Positions 26,602-40,200 of a DNA stretch of 64,000 nt are shown here, one piece after another. Position numbers and translations under genes: made by a program. This stretch comes from Hypanus sabinus (taxonomy: Eukaryota). The DNA lies in contig NC_082710.1 in the NCBI RefSeq assembly GCF_030144855.1, forward strand, positions 151,466,001 through 151,530,000, written 5' to 3'. The number at the start of each line of letters is the position of its first letter. Position 1 is the first letter of the stretch. The notes beneath the pieces are model-generated. The model made no database searches. It saw only the letters and a program-made list of their open reading frames with translations, and had not been told where the DNA came from.

Positions 26602-26689
26602 CTGGGGCTGAGGGAAGGTTGGGGGGGTGGGGGTCGGGGCAAGTGAAAAATAAACAGATGTGGCATCTAGGCACACAAGAAAGTAGAAA

Positions 26690-27790
26690 CATGTGTATCT
26701 CTACCATTTTGTGCATGTCTGCCCTAAACCCATCAACCTGAAACCCCACAAATAATAAGGTTCCTCTTGGACCTCACCTGCCTCCACAGCCAGTGCACAA
26801 TTCTCTCTAACTTCCACCATCTCCAACAGGATCCACATCCAAGCACACCCTTCCCTACACCCATCACTCTCAACTTTCTGCTTTCCACAGGAATCTCTCC
26901 CTACACAACTCACTTTTCCATTCGTCCCTCCCCATCAATTTCCTGCCTGGTACTTATCCTCCCAAGTGGAACAAGTGCTACACCTGTCTCTACACCTCCT
27001 CCCTCACGACCATTCAGGGCCCCAATCAGTTTTTTCCAGGACAGACAACACTTCAGCTGTGAGTCTGCTGTGCCCATCTGCTGTATCCAGTGCTCCCAAT
27101 GGGGCCTTCTGTATATTGTTGAGCAGTAGATTGGAAGACTGCTTTGCCAAGCACTTACACTCCATCCACCAGAAAATCCAGGATCTCCCAGTGGCCTCCC
27201 ATTTTAGTTCCACTTTCAATTTCCATTCTGACATGTCAATCCATGGCCTTCTCTGCTGTTGTGTTGAGGCCATACTCAAGTTGGAGGAGCAAAACCTTGT
27301 ATTCCGTTTGGGCAGCCTCCCATCTGATGGCAGGAACATCGATTTCTCTAACTTCTGATAACGTCCAACCCCCTCACCCCCTTCACCATTCCTCTTCCCT
27401 TTTTCCTCTCTGACCATACCTCCTCACCTGTCTATTGCCTCACACTGGTATACCTTCCCCTTTTCTTCCTTGCATGGCCTTCTACTCTGTCCTATTAGGT
27501 TTCCCTCTTCTCCAGCCCTGTATCTCTTTCACAAATCAATTTCTCAGCTAGTTACTTTACCCCACCCCCTCCCAGATTCACCTACCACCCTCTGTTTCTC
27601 CCTACGCTTCCCCACCTATCAATTCTAATTCCTCATCTTTTTTTTTTCTCTAGTCCTGCTGAATGTTCTCAGCCCAATGCATCAACTGTACACTTTTTCA
27701 TAGATGTGGCATAGCCTACTGAGTTTCACCAGCATTTTCTTTGTGTTGTTTGGATTTCTAAGATCCGTAGATTTTCTCTTGTTTGAGCAT
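26690..27790 (+). mobile_element. Penelope-like element 3' fragment (GIY-YIG + terminal repeat)
   Basis: FSCESAVPICCIQCSQWGLLYI...DLPVASHF...LEEQNLVFRLGSLPSDGRNIDFSNF, pyrimidine-rich UTR, degenerate hammerhead region at about 27650-27690. Confidence 0.85.
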
Positions 27791-29159
27791 GAGTAGGAAC
27801 TACTTGATCCAGCAAACCACAAGTGAACTGCCCCAGATCTCAGTTCTACTTTGTTACATCCACAAATGCTCAACTGCTCAACTCCTCACTATTCCAGCAT
27901 TTTATCCTACCTTTAAAAATGTCGAATGTTCCAGGTGTCACTCTCAGAAGTGCAGAGAGTTCCAGAGAATTCATTATATTTCAAGAATAAATACCATTGT
28001 GCCTCATTATTAAATTACTGGCCTCTAATCTTGTAACATTCTCTCCTCATTCCAAATTCTCTCAAGAGTGGAAACTGTTCAAAATAATTATTCACAGATG
28101 ATCATATATATCATTACATCCTTTGGAGACACAGCTTGTTATTGTAACTGCTCTGCTCACCAATGCAAGAAGTTGCAGATTATCTTACAAAAGTCACTCT
28201 GCCTTCCATGCACAGTCAACATATCAAAGTCAGCTCCCATCTTAGTCATTCCCTCTTCTTCCCGCTTCTTCAGACAGAAGATAGATACTACCAGGCTCAA
28301 GGATAACATCTATCTTGCTCTTAGTAGACTCTTGACTGGACCAATAAAGATAACTCTTGAACTCACCATTTACCTCACAATAGTCCTTCCATCTTATGGA
28401 TTGGCTGCACAGCACTTTTAATGTAACTATAACACTACATTCTAAATTCTGTTATTGTATTTCCCTTTGTTATAATACAATCTACTTATGTTCTGAAATA
28501 ATCTATATGGAAGGCATGCAAAATGAGTGTTTCAATGTACTGAATTTCAGTACATGTGAAAATAATAAACCAATTACACCTTGCCGTTTACCCATGGATT
28601 CTTTTTGTTTTAAACCGTGCACTCATTCTTCTGAATTCCAGTGAGTACACTTCTGGTATTGTTAGCCAGTTATGATTTAAGAAAATAGAACATAGAATAG
28701 TACATCACATTACGGACCCTTCAGTCCACAATTACGTGTCAACTCTTAAACCCTGCGTCCCATATAAGCACCCCCCCACCTTAAATTCCTCCATATACCT
28801 GTCTAGTAGTCTCTTAAACTTCACTAGTGTATCTGCCTCCACCATTGACTCAGGCAGTGCATTCCATGCACAAACCACTCTGAGTGAAAAATATTCCTCT
28901 AGTATCCCCCTTGAACTTCCCTCCCCTTACCTTAAAGCCATGTCCTCTTGTACTGAGCAGTGGTGCCCTGGGGAAGAGGTGCTGGCTATCGATTCTATCT
29001 ATACCTCTGACAGCTTTCTATTCCCAGGGATTAGTAAATGTTTCTCTTCTACATCGTTTCCAATGCCAGCCCATGCAGAAGCAAACACAAATGCACCCTT
29101 AAATATAGTGACACTTTTCAAACAAGATCTTACTATTAGTGGCACAACAGAATAGACTA

Positions 29160-29400
29160 GGAAGGCACATCAGTGTAACTAGTAGAGCTAGAGCCTTACC
29201 TGCTTCTAATCCTGAATGTATGGAGTTTGTTCTCTCTGACCTTATCAGTGCTACGGTTTCCTTCCACTTATGAATGATAATTTGGGTTGGTAGGATAATT
29301 GGCTAATGTAAATTTGCCCAGATGTTTGGGTAAGTAATAAAAAAGGTGGGAGAGCTGATGACAGTATGGCAAGAATAAAAATGGGATTAAAGCAGGGGTA
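29160..29400 (+). mobile_element. tRNA-derived SINE (HE1/V-SINE-like), decayed
   Basis: tgtatggagtttgt...ggtttccttccac...ggtaggataattggctaatgtaaattt pattern. Similar copies at about 30330-30470 (+), 36830-37150 (-), 48615-48810 (-). Confidence 0.6.
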
Positions 29401-29479
29401 TTGTCATCCTGCCAAAGGGTCTCTGCCAAAAATGTCAACTGTACTTCTCTCTGGGAAATCTCACAGCTTTGCATAACCT

Positions 29480-30000
29480 GTCCAACAATTACTGTTGCTA
29501 AAGTGAAGGGGTGTTGACTGTACTCTTTTCCATAGATGATGCCTGGCCTGCTGAGTTCCTCCAGCATTTTGTGTGTGTTACATGGATTTGCAGCATCTGC
29601 AGATTCTCTTTTGTTTGCTATTGCTGTTGATGGTCATCAAGGAACAGTGGGCTGAAGTGGCAGTTCCAATGCTGTATGACCTGATGGCTCCAGGTTTATG
29701 TATGGTAGACATGGACTACCCCCAATCATTGAATGCCATACTTGGACAATACATAATTATTGAGAGAGCAACACTGAAGAAATTCTAGCAACACACAAAA
29801 TGCTGGAGGAACTCAGCAGGCTTGGCAGCATCTATGGAACTAAAAGTACAGTTGACGTCTTCTACAGTTGAAGGCTTTAACCCTTCAGCAGGACCATACT
29901 TTTTTTGATAGATGCTGTCTGGTCTGCTGAGATCCTACAGCATTCTGTGTGTTGCTCAGATTTCCAGTATCTGCAAACTTTCTCTTGTTTCTGAAAATTT
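29480..30000. mobile_element. Cluster of PLE-terminus-derived short repeats in alternating orientation
   Basis: Repeated gatgctgcctggcctgctgagttcctccagcattttgtgtgt and its reverse complement. Confidence 0.7.
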
Positions 30001-30755
30001 GCTATGTCACAGCTACAATGTCTGAGGGGCAGCACTGTTGGAGAGGCAATGTTGAAGGAGGACTACAGAGCAGCAGGATTAAGACTGTGGAAATGAGGCA
30101 ACATACATGGGAAGTACAGATACTTTGGAGAATTGGGATGTCAGAGATCATTGCAGGATCACAGTCAGTACTGACAGTTGGCTACTTTAACAGAATATTA
30201 TAACTGAAGGAATACAATTAGTAATACAAATGTTCAAATGAAATCAGGATCCTTTGTTTGCATTATTAGGACATAAATAAACCAATGGTTTCTCACTCAC
30301 TGCAGTTCAACTAATATATATGATCCAACGTAGTGTAGGATCAGGGTGTGAGTCTGGCCAGTGCCTGTAATGGGTTGGTACACTTTCTCCATGACCACTT
30401 CAGCTTCCTTCCATCTTCCAAAAGGTACCGATTAGGATTAGTCATCTGTGGGCATGTTCTGTTGGCACTGAAAGTGTCTTGACATTTGTAGGCTGCCCCA
30501 GCACAATTCCCACTGATATGATACAAAATAACATATTTCACTATGTGTTCCAGTGCACGTGTGACAAATAATACTGATCATTTAATCTTAATCCATCCAT
30601 TTATTGCAGCTATTGTGACAAATGCTAGACCTTGTAAGATATCATCACCTGCTAACTGGATGTGCAGTGATAAGGACACATTAAACTAAAAAGGTAAGGC
30701 TTTGACTTCATGCAAATTCATCTGCGCAGTCATTGGGTTTTGTCAAGTCACTTAC

Positions 30756-31007
30756 CACTGTGCTGTTGGTGAACAACCTCAACATTCCCTCTGATTATCC
30801 CATGAAAACCTGCCACTGTGATGGCCATTGCATCCCAGTGTTCCCTTGGGAAAGAGTAAGCCATCCACCATTGTCTGGAAACAGCCCTTTGCAGTGTGCT
30901 GTCAAAGTATGCTATCTGCTGGTCATCCAGCATCGCCACCATGCTATATTCAGTCAGCTCACTCGTTCCGTGGTTCAACAAGTAGTAAAATGCAAGGATG
31001 TGAAAAT
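30756..31007 (-). CDS. MHC class I-like alpha1 domain exon
   Basis: Acceptor ttctctgttgcag, donor G|GTAAGT, 252 nt, phase 1/1. (D)FHILAFYYLLNHGTSELTEYSMVAMLDDQQIAYFDSTLQRAVSRQWWMAYSFPREHWDAMAITVAGFHGIIRGNVEVVHQQHS has the class I motifs LDDQQI-YFDS, R..SRQ.W and E.WD. Confidence 0.92.
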
Positions 31008-32199
31008 CTGCAACAGAGAAATAGAAATTAGTGATGCAAAGTGATGTGAAGTTAATTATGTATTACTCTGGATTTCCAGCATCTGCAGAATCTCCCTTGT
31101 TAGTGATGTAAAGACCACAATGCAGAAAGGCATTAACTAATATTAAAACTGATTACATCTTAGGAACATTGGAACCAGGTTATATCAGATGGCTTTTAGG
31201 GGGTGTCCACTTCCAAATGATTTGCATTAACATATTATACATTTTCCTGTTTGCAATGTCTCCATCTTGAAAATTTTGTCAATCTTATTCATTCATGTGT
31301 TCATCGATTAAACATTTCACTGGTTAATGTGTTACAAATTTTACCTCCCCTACCACCTTTTCCAAACCACTAATACCCATTTCAATCCACGCTCCTTCCC
31401 AGTTGCATTCATACATTCATTTATGTCACCATCTCTCTTTCCCCAGCTGCTCCTGGTTTCATTTGTCCTTCACCTCTCATAATGGTTCCAAAATCATCTT
31501 CCTGATGTATCAGATCTCAGCACTTTTATCCATTTTTCTTTATAATTATCAACCTCCGTGGTCCTTAGCCTCACCTCACCTCCCCCTTCCTTGCTTCATC
31601 TTCCTTTTCTTTATTGGCTTCCATCCATCATGTGCAGAACTCCTGTCTTCTGTTGCCATACTCCCCCTCCCCTATGCTGACCCTTTTACCCATTATCGTT
31701 TATCTCCAAACTCCCCATGCCCAGTATACCATAATGTCTTGTTTCACTAATCACTGTGTCGATCTTTCCTTTTCATTTTATGAGCTATCTTCCTCCCTTC
31801 ATCACCGTCCTTTCCCGCAACAGATGCCTCTCAAGCTGCTCAGTTCTTCCAGCAGACAGTTACTCCTGATTCCAGCACCTACTGTCTCTTGTGTCTCAAT
31901 GGAATATTATGATGATATTTGGATGTACATTATTGTGCAAAAGTCTTAAGCAATATACATATATACATGGTTGATTTGTTGGCATCCATCTGTCTTGAAG
32001 GACAATGGGTGATGATGATTATCATCACAAGCATGGGCGGAAGATATGGAGATCCTAAGATGCCCAGTCATCAAGATCACTCACTTAGCCCCACCAGTGT
32101 AGTCCAAAGGAAAGTTAATGAAGCAACAGTTAGCTTGCACACGAGAGTTTGGAGATAATCTATCAGAGTTACAGGGAATTAGCTGGTCCTAAATTGCAG

Positions 32200-35100
32200 A
32201 GGTATGTAGCTGGGTGACTGTAATAAAAATGTGAATAGGCATTTAGCACAGAGCATCATGTGGCCATTCCTTACAATAATAAGTAAACCACTTTGGATAA
32301 TGTTGTTGGGGTGACCTCCCAGGAGACTGCTGGTTTACTGGCACTGAGCGCAAGTCCATTGTGCTGAAAGGAAAAAGGGAGAAGAGGGATGTGTTAGTGA
32401 TAGGGGACTCAACATTCAGGGGATCAGGCAGGAGATTTCATGGAGGTGAACAGTACACTCAAATCGGATGATGCCTCCCTGGTGCCAGGATCATGGACAT
32501 CTCAGATTGCGTCCACAGCACTTTGGAGAGTGAGAAAGAGTAGCTAGATGTTTTAGTACATATTGGTACAAGTGACAGAGGAAGGAAAAACAGAGAGGTC
32601 CTTAAGAGTTAATTTAGAGAGCTAGGTAGAAATCTGAGAAACAGGACCACCAGCATTGCAATTTATGGATTACAGCTTGTGAAGGGTGGTGGGGGGGGGA
32701 ATCTGGATGATCTGGCAGATTATTGAGTGGCTGAGAAGCTGATGTGGAGGGAGGGGTTTCAGGATCTTGGATCTTTAAGATCTCTTCTGGGCGAGATATG
32801 ACCTGTTCAGAAGTGATGGGCTACACTGGAACTGAAGGAGGACCACTGTTCTCACTGGAAGGTTTATTGGAGACAGTTCAAACAAAATTGGTAGGATGTT
32901 TGGGACCAGAGTGAAGGTCTCAGGATAAGATCGATGGTAAAAATGCAAAGATAACATAAAATCAGTCTGTTAGGAAGGGCAGGCAAATGATAGGATGAAA
33001 TTGCAATTAGCAGGGAGAGTATCAGTGCATTAGGGATGAAGATTCAATGTGTAGCAAATATAGTACTCAACGTGTTATATCTCAATGCACGGAGTATAGG
33101 AAATAAGTTGGATGACCTTCTTGCACTATTATAGATTGTTAGGTATGGTGTTGTGGCCATCACGGAATCATGGCTGAAAGATGGTTGGAGTTAGGAGCTG
33201 AATGGTGTAACAGAGGGATAGGATTGAAGGCAGAGTGGGTAGCATGGCTTTGCTGGTAAAGAAAGATGTGAGATAGGATCAGAAGATGTTGAATCCTTGT
33301 GGTTGAGTGAAGATCTTGCAAGGGTAAAAGGACCTGATGGCAGTTAAGTACAGGCATCTAAACAGTAGCTGGGATGTGGAGCACAGATTACAAAGGAAAA
33401 GAGAAAAGGCATATCAAAAGGGCAACGTTATCACAGTCATGGAGATTTCAACATGCAGGTCAATGCAGGAAAATCAGGCTGGTAATGGATCTCAAAACAG
33501 TGAGTCTGCTGAATGCCTATGAGATGGCTTTTTAGAGCAGTTTGTCATTAAGCTGACTAGGGGATCAGCGGATCAGTTATATTGGATTGAGTGTTATGTA
33601 ATGAACTGGATGTGATTAGGGATATTAAGATAAATGAACCCTTAGGAGACAGTGATCATTATTTCAGTGGAGCAAAGGAAATTACATTAGTATGAGAGAG
33701 AATTTGGCCAAAATAATTTGGAAGAAAATGCTGGCAGGGATGTTAGCAGGGCAGTATTGGCATGATTTTTTTGAAAAAAAGTCAACGGTGCAGGATAGAT
33801 TTATTCTAAAAACAAAGAAATAGTTAAATGGCAAAATAATACAACCAGAGCAGACAAGGAATGTCAAAGCTAATTTAAAGTAAAAGATTGGGCATAAAAC
33901 AATGCAAAGATTAGTGCTAAGACATATCGTTGAGAAGCTTTTTAAAACCTACAGAGACCAATAAAAAGAATCATTAGAATGTGAAAGATGAAATATGGAA
34001 GTAAGCTAGCAAGCAATATAAAAGTGGATTGTAAAGATTTTTGAAGTATGTAAAAATGAAAACAAGATGGCAGTGGATATAGGACCACTAGAAAATGAGG
34101 TCAGAGAAATAATAATGGTGGACAAGGAGTGGGCAGAAGAACTAAATGAGTATTTTGCATTAGTCTTCATTGTGGAACACACTAGCAGTGTGCCAGATGT
34201 TGAAGAGTGCAGGGGAAGAGAAGTGAGCACAGTTACTATTACAAGGAAGAAGGTGCTGAAAAAGCTGAAAGACTAAAGGGTAAATAATTCATCCGAGTCA
34301 GATGAACTGCACCCTAGGGTTGTGAATGTGGTAGTGGTAGGGATTGTGGAGGCATTAGTAATGATGTTTGAAAATTCATTGGAATCCAACATGGTGCCAG
34401 AGGACTGAAAAATTGCAAATGTCACTCCACCCTTTAAGGAAGGAGGAAGGCAGCAATGAGGAAATTACAGACCAGTTAGACTGATCTCAGAAGTTGGGAA
34501 GATATCAGAGACAATTGTTAAGGATGAGGTTATAGAGTATTTTGTGAGAAAGGTCAAGATAGGACAAAGTCAACATGGTTTAATTAAGAGAAAATCTTGC
34601 CTGATAATCCTTTGGGAATTCTTTGAGGAGATTACAAGTAGGATAGATAAAGGGGATGTAGTGGATGTTGTATATTTGGACTTCCATAAGGCCTTTGACA
34701 AGGTGCCACACATGAAGCTGCTTACCAAGTTAACTGCCCATGGTATTAAAGGTAAGTTACTAGCATGGCTGTTTGGTAGGAGGCTGCGAATGGGAAGAAA
34801 AGGATCCTGTTGGATGCCAGTGAATAGTGGTGTTATGATGGCTTCTTTTTATGCTGTATGTCAATGACTTGGATGATGGAACAGATGGCTTTGTTGCCAA
34901 CTTTGCAAATAATATGAAGATTGGTGGAGGGACAGGTAGTGTTGTGGAAAGAGATAGGCTGCAGAAGGACTTAGACAGATTAGGAGAATGGGCAAACAAA
35001 GTGGCAAATTAAATACAATTTTGGAAAATGCATGGCCATGCACTTTGATAGAAGAAATAAACGTGCAGGCTATTTTCTAAATGGGGAGATATCAAAAATT

Positions 35101-35820
35101 CTGAGATACAAAAGGACTTGGGAAACCTTGTGCAGAATGCCTTAAAGGTTAACTTGCAGGTAGAGTTGGAAGTGAGGAAGGCAAATGTAATGTTAGCATT
35201 CATTTCAAAAGGTCAAGAATACAAGAGCAGGGAAGTGATGCTGAGGCTATATACGGCCGGGGCTGAGGCCTCACTTCGAGTGTTGTGAATAGCTCTGGAC
35301 TCCTGATCTAAGAAAATGTGCTGGCATCGGTGATGGTTCAGAAGTAGCTCACAACTTTGATTCTGGGAATGAAAGTGTTATCATACAAGGAACGTTTGAT
35401 AGCAGTGGGTCTGTACACCCTGGAATTGGAGGGATGGGGAGGGGAAATCTCATTGTGAAACCTTATGAATGTTTTGAAGTCCTAGACCGAGGAGATGAGG
35501 AAAAGATGTTTCCCATGATTGGCAGTCTAGGACAGAGTACATGGCCTCAGGATAGTGGGGTGTCCATTTAAACCAGAGGGTGGTAACTTTCTGGAATTTA
35601 TTACCACAGGCAGTTGTGGAGGCCAGGTCACTGGATGTATTTAAGGCAGAGCTTGCTAGGTTTTTGATTGCACACAACATCAAAGGTTACGTGGGGGGAA
35701 GGCCAGCAGTTGGGCTGAGGAGGGAAATCAAAGGATTAGCCATGATTAAACCGTGGAGCAGACTCGATCGGCGAAATGGCCTAATTCTGCTCCTATGTCT
35801 TACAGTCTTATGGTTTTATT
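32200..35820 (+). mobile_element. CR1-clade LINE (HER1-like), long degraded copy: ORF1 esterase, APE endonuclease, RT, 3' tail
   Basis: ORF1 GDS...CLPGARI...VHIGT; endonuclease YLNARSI...VAITESWL; RT VYLDFHKAFDKVPH, FANNMKIGG; 3' tail ggcctaattctgctcctatgtctt. Confidence 0.93.
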
Positions 35821-36746
35821 ATAGTCAATATGTTTGGCACTAGCTTGGCTGCAAGGAACTACCAGAAGGATCTTCAATGATGTCCATCCACCTTAAGGGC
35901 TCCACTCTGGATTTGTTGTCTGTGATTACACCCATAGCCTTCGTCTCTCCCAAAGCTGCCTGCAAGGCAGTAGGTCTCCTTACCCTTAGGGAAGATTTAT
36001 TTCACGAGCAGCAGTGTGTGTCCAGACAACAGTGGGACTGCGTGCTATGTGTACAGGAGCCAGACCTCCTCCCTGTCCACTGTAGTTCAGCCTGAGTCTA
36101 AAAGAAGTTCAGTTTCCATGTGTCGCCAGCAAGGTGGTACTACATGAGGTTTGCTGTTGGACAGGCTATGTACTGGCAGGGAGAGACTTATACATTCCAT
36201 TCTCCTTTTTGTAAGACTGCTAGCCAGTGTGGAAGCTGAAAGTGAGAGTGACACGCACTGCCCACTACAGTACCACACTAGATGCATCAAAACAACTGTA
36301 GGTAGAGAGATAGGGTGCTTAAGATTTTTGTACAGTATTGTATTTGTCAACATGGAGCAGAAAATAGGTCTGCAAATATGGTGGGAAGAAAAGATGTTGC
36401 GAATGGCAATGCTGGAGCACTGTGGGATGTGTGTGACAGGGAGCATAGACAAAATGTCAAGCTGGTGGTGGGGTGGTGCAGTTGCAGACTTATCCAGCTT
36501 TGAGTCGCCAGGCAAGTACATTGTATTCCAAACAGCTGGTATATTGATCACTACAGAATGTCTCTCTGGTGCTTCCTGCTCCCTCCCCGATCCCTTCAGA
36601 ATGACCCAGCCCTGATTCCTCTCTCCCTGCCCCCTTCCCATTTTCAGTCCACAAGCGAGACCTATATCAGAATCAGGTTTATCATTACTCACAGAAGTCA
36701 TAATTTTTTCTGTGGTCACAGAAGTCTGCAGTACATAAACTTACTA

Positions 36747-36813
36747 CACTACTGTGCAAAAGTCAAGCACCCTAGCTATATATAAGTGCACAAGGCTTTT
36801 TTTCCCAGTACTG
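36747..36813. mobile_element. Tiny Tc1/mariner-type MITE (near-palindrome)
   Basis: ta|cactactgtgcaaaagtc...gcttttt...cagtactg|tg: degenerate TIRs and TA context. Half copy at about 31925-31950. Confidence 0.5.
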
Positions 36814-37233
36814 TGATATGAAAGATGTTATAGAATCATAGAGAGGTATAACATGCATACAGGCCATTCTGTACACCAAATCTCTGCCAACCATCAAACA
36901 CCAATTTAGATTAATTTTACTCTAAATGATTTCAGTCACTCCATTCTGCCATTAACTCCCACTGGGGCAAAATCACAGCAGTCAATTCACATAGTATGCT
37001 GCACTCCTTTTGAATGTGCGAGGAGACACGGACACGCAAAGGAAACCCATGTGATCACAAGGGCAACATGGAAACTGCAAGCAGAGACCTTTGGAATTTT
37101 GGATTGAAACTGGAAAATTGGAGCAATGAGCCATAATTTTATGGACTGTACCACTGTGCTATTTATGATACAGAAGAGGTTTCCTTAGGTTTCCACAGCT
37201 GGTAAAAGTCTTATGTTGGGATTCTTTAAATTG

Positions 37234-40200
37234 TATCAACAATAGAGGGTATTGGAAGCCAAAGAAAATCAACAACTCCCCTATGATCAGGTCAGTTAGT
37301 AATTGCAGAGTGTAAACTTAACAGTTATACTGGCTGAAAGAGAGTGGGAGATCAGGAGCATTTACTTCAATGAGAGGACATCTGGATACAAGTCCAGGAT
37401 AGCTTCTCTACTCCAGCAATCCACATTGAAAATTCTCAACTGTAATTCTCCAAACAAGGCTGAGTGGGGAGCAGCAACTTTCTAAGTGATTTTATAAAGC
37501 AATCCCCAGCTAAGGAGATGTTCTTTTTCCCACAGGGAACTGTTAATTCAAAACTAGATACATCATTACCTTTAATTTTATTCCACAAAAATTTGAGAAC
37601 AAACTTCTAATTACAGGTTAATAATTACCAAACAATAAGACCATAAGTTCATATGACATAGGAGGAAAATTAGGCCATTCAACTTATTGAGTCTGCTCTG
37701 CCATTCCATCATGGCTGATCCCAGATCTCACTCAACACCGAACACCTGCCTTCTTGCCATATCCTTTGATGCCATGACCGATCAAGAAATATTCAACTTC
37801 TTCCTTAAATATACCATGGAGTTGGCCTCCACTGCAGTCTGTGCAAAGCATTCCACAGATTCCCTACCCTATGGCTAAAAAAATCCTCCTTACTTCTGTC
37901 TTTAATGGTCACCTCTCAGTTTTGAGGCAGTGATCTCTAGTTCCGGACACCCCTACCAGATCAGATTCAGATTCAGCATCAGTTTATTGTCATTTAGAAA
38001 CCACAAATGCAATGCAGTTAAAAATGAGACAATGCTCCTCCAGAATGATATCACAAAAGCACATGACAATACAGATTACACTAGAAAATCCACATAATGT
38101 TTGGCAATCCCCAATTCAGAGTCCAGAGAGGCGGCTCTCCACATCTATCCTATCTAGACCTTTCAACATTCGTAGGTTCCAGTAAGATCCCCCTGCATTG
38201 TTCTAAGTTCCAAAGTGTACAGAGAAAAGCTGCCAAACACACTTATTATAATCCGTTCATACCCGGAATCATCCATATTAATCTCCTCTGGACTCTCACA
38301 AATGATAACATAACCTTTTTGAGACATGGGGTATAAAACTGTTGGCAAAGATTATTGAAATAAGGAGAACTTAGGGGAAATTCCAAATTAGAGAAAACCA
38401 GCTATAAATTAGAATCAACATGAAGGGGCAATGTTCAGAAGCACTTAGTCACACAAGCAGTTAATGGAAATCTGTAAGTTTCTCTGCAGAAAAATACCTG
38501 TAGAAGCTGGGTGCCAATTAAAAATTTTAAGATTGAAATTGATAGCTTTCACTTATTTATGTATGTAATGGTCTAGTGACAAAATGGCAGATAGAGCTGA
38601 TCAGTTTAATGATAGAAGAAACTCAGATTTTAATTGTGCATCGCTTGTTCCTTGGAGGTAAGTTTGCAACTCACAGCATTTGACATGACACACTCTCAGT
38701 TTACTCTACAGGAGGAGCTCTCAGTTCCCCATCAATAGGGGAAGCGTAAAGAAAATGTTTAAGATGTAAGACAATTAGAGAAAAGGAGTTTTGTTGATGT
38801 TTGGAGAGAGAGAAATAATACAGTGGTCATGCTGCAACAGAGAACATAGAGGGGTAGAAAAATAGTATTCTTAATCCATGCATGTTGAGGAGATGAATAT
38901 TGGGAGATCAAATTCAAGTGGAAAGCGTACAGTAAATGAGAGAGTTATTCTGGTGCACATCCCTAGCTCTCCAAAAGCGGCAATACAAGTAGACAGAATG
39001 AAGTAGTAAGTCTAGAGACTGCAACAGATAGTATCCAGCTGCTGTGCTGAGAATGATGAAATAAATCTGTCTTTTCTGGCAATCAAGGGTGGTATAATAG
39101 GACAGGAAGAGTATATCAACTAGAATAAGATGTCAACAGTTTTAAAAACTGTGCATATTGCACAGTTAATACAGGCTGATTTTCATGATTGGTTCCATTG
39201 TTAAATGTCAGCCAATAAGAACCTTGGGATATGGATATACATTAATGAAGACGCTGCTTTATTATGGAAAGTACGCATTCTACTCTTAAGATTCAAGGTA
39301 CGTTTATAATTAGAGAATATACTAATTATACTGCCTGGAGATTTGTTTGCTTACATGGAACCTCAAAGCAGGAAATCTGCAAGAACCCAAATGAAAAAAA
39401 AAACAAGCCCCATTGCACAAATGAAATAACAAAACTCATGCAAACAATTGAACCAATCAACAATAGTCCTTAGTTCAGTACCTCAGAGTATCCAAGTGGA
39501 TGCCCAGAGCCTCTCTTACTAGTTCATCATATTAGTAGGCACGGAGCAGAGCAGCTGGTGCATTCTCTATCTCCTCAGCACCATGAACAAAGGAGTGACC
39601 ATAGCAATGAGCAGGTGAAATTGCCCCTTGCCTCAGATCCTGACACTCTGTCTTTTCAGTTTTTCTAGGCCAATATCCAAATTGACCAAATAATGGAACA
39701 ACAAAAGGCTCCGGCGTCCTGGAGAGTGGAGTGAACATCACGAGAATGAAGGAAATTAGCTTGCACCTCCACTCAGCAACCAGAGCATTCCAAAATACCA
39801 CCCGGGCCACCTGTATGAGCATCAGAATTCCACTGACCCAATGTCTCCTGTCCGAATGGCTAGCTCACTGAATCTACATTGATTCTGCAAAGTACCTTCT
39901 CAACTCATCCTCCTATTGTCATCACTTGCCTCCTCACTGTTTGCAGCAATAATTTAACATAACTTACCTCAGAGAATGTATCCTTTGATGTTTTTAGTCA
40001 ATTTTATGGTCTTTTGAATTACCAGTGAGCTGTCACACATGTTCAACAGAGCCACCTAAACTGGAAGTGGTATTCTGCTATTACTTGTGTTGCAACTTAC
40101 ACTGTATTTTGTTCTGTTCCTCAACATAATAAAAAAATCTGTAATAGAACTTCTCACAAGGCTTTACTACAGAACAGGGATCACCGTTTCTCTCAATCAT

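Noticed and set aside
38650-38665. + strand donor cttggag|gtaagt, also partly present in the distal duplicate
   Set aside because: No matching acceptor or ORF identified; similarity is explained by the duplication.
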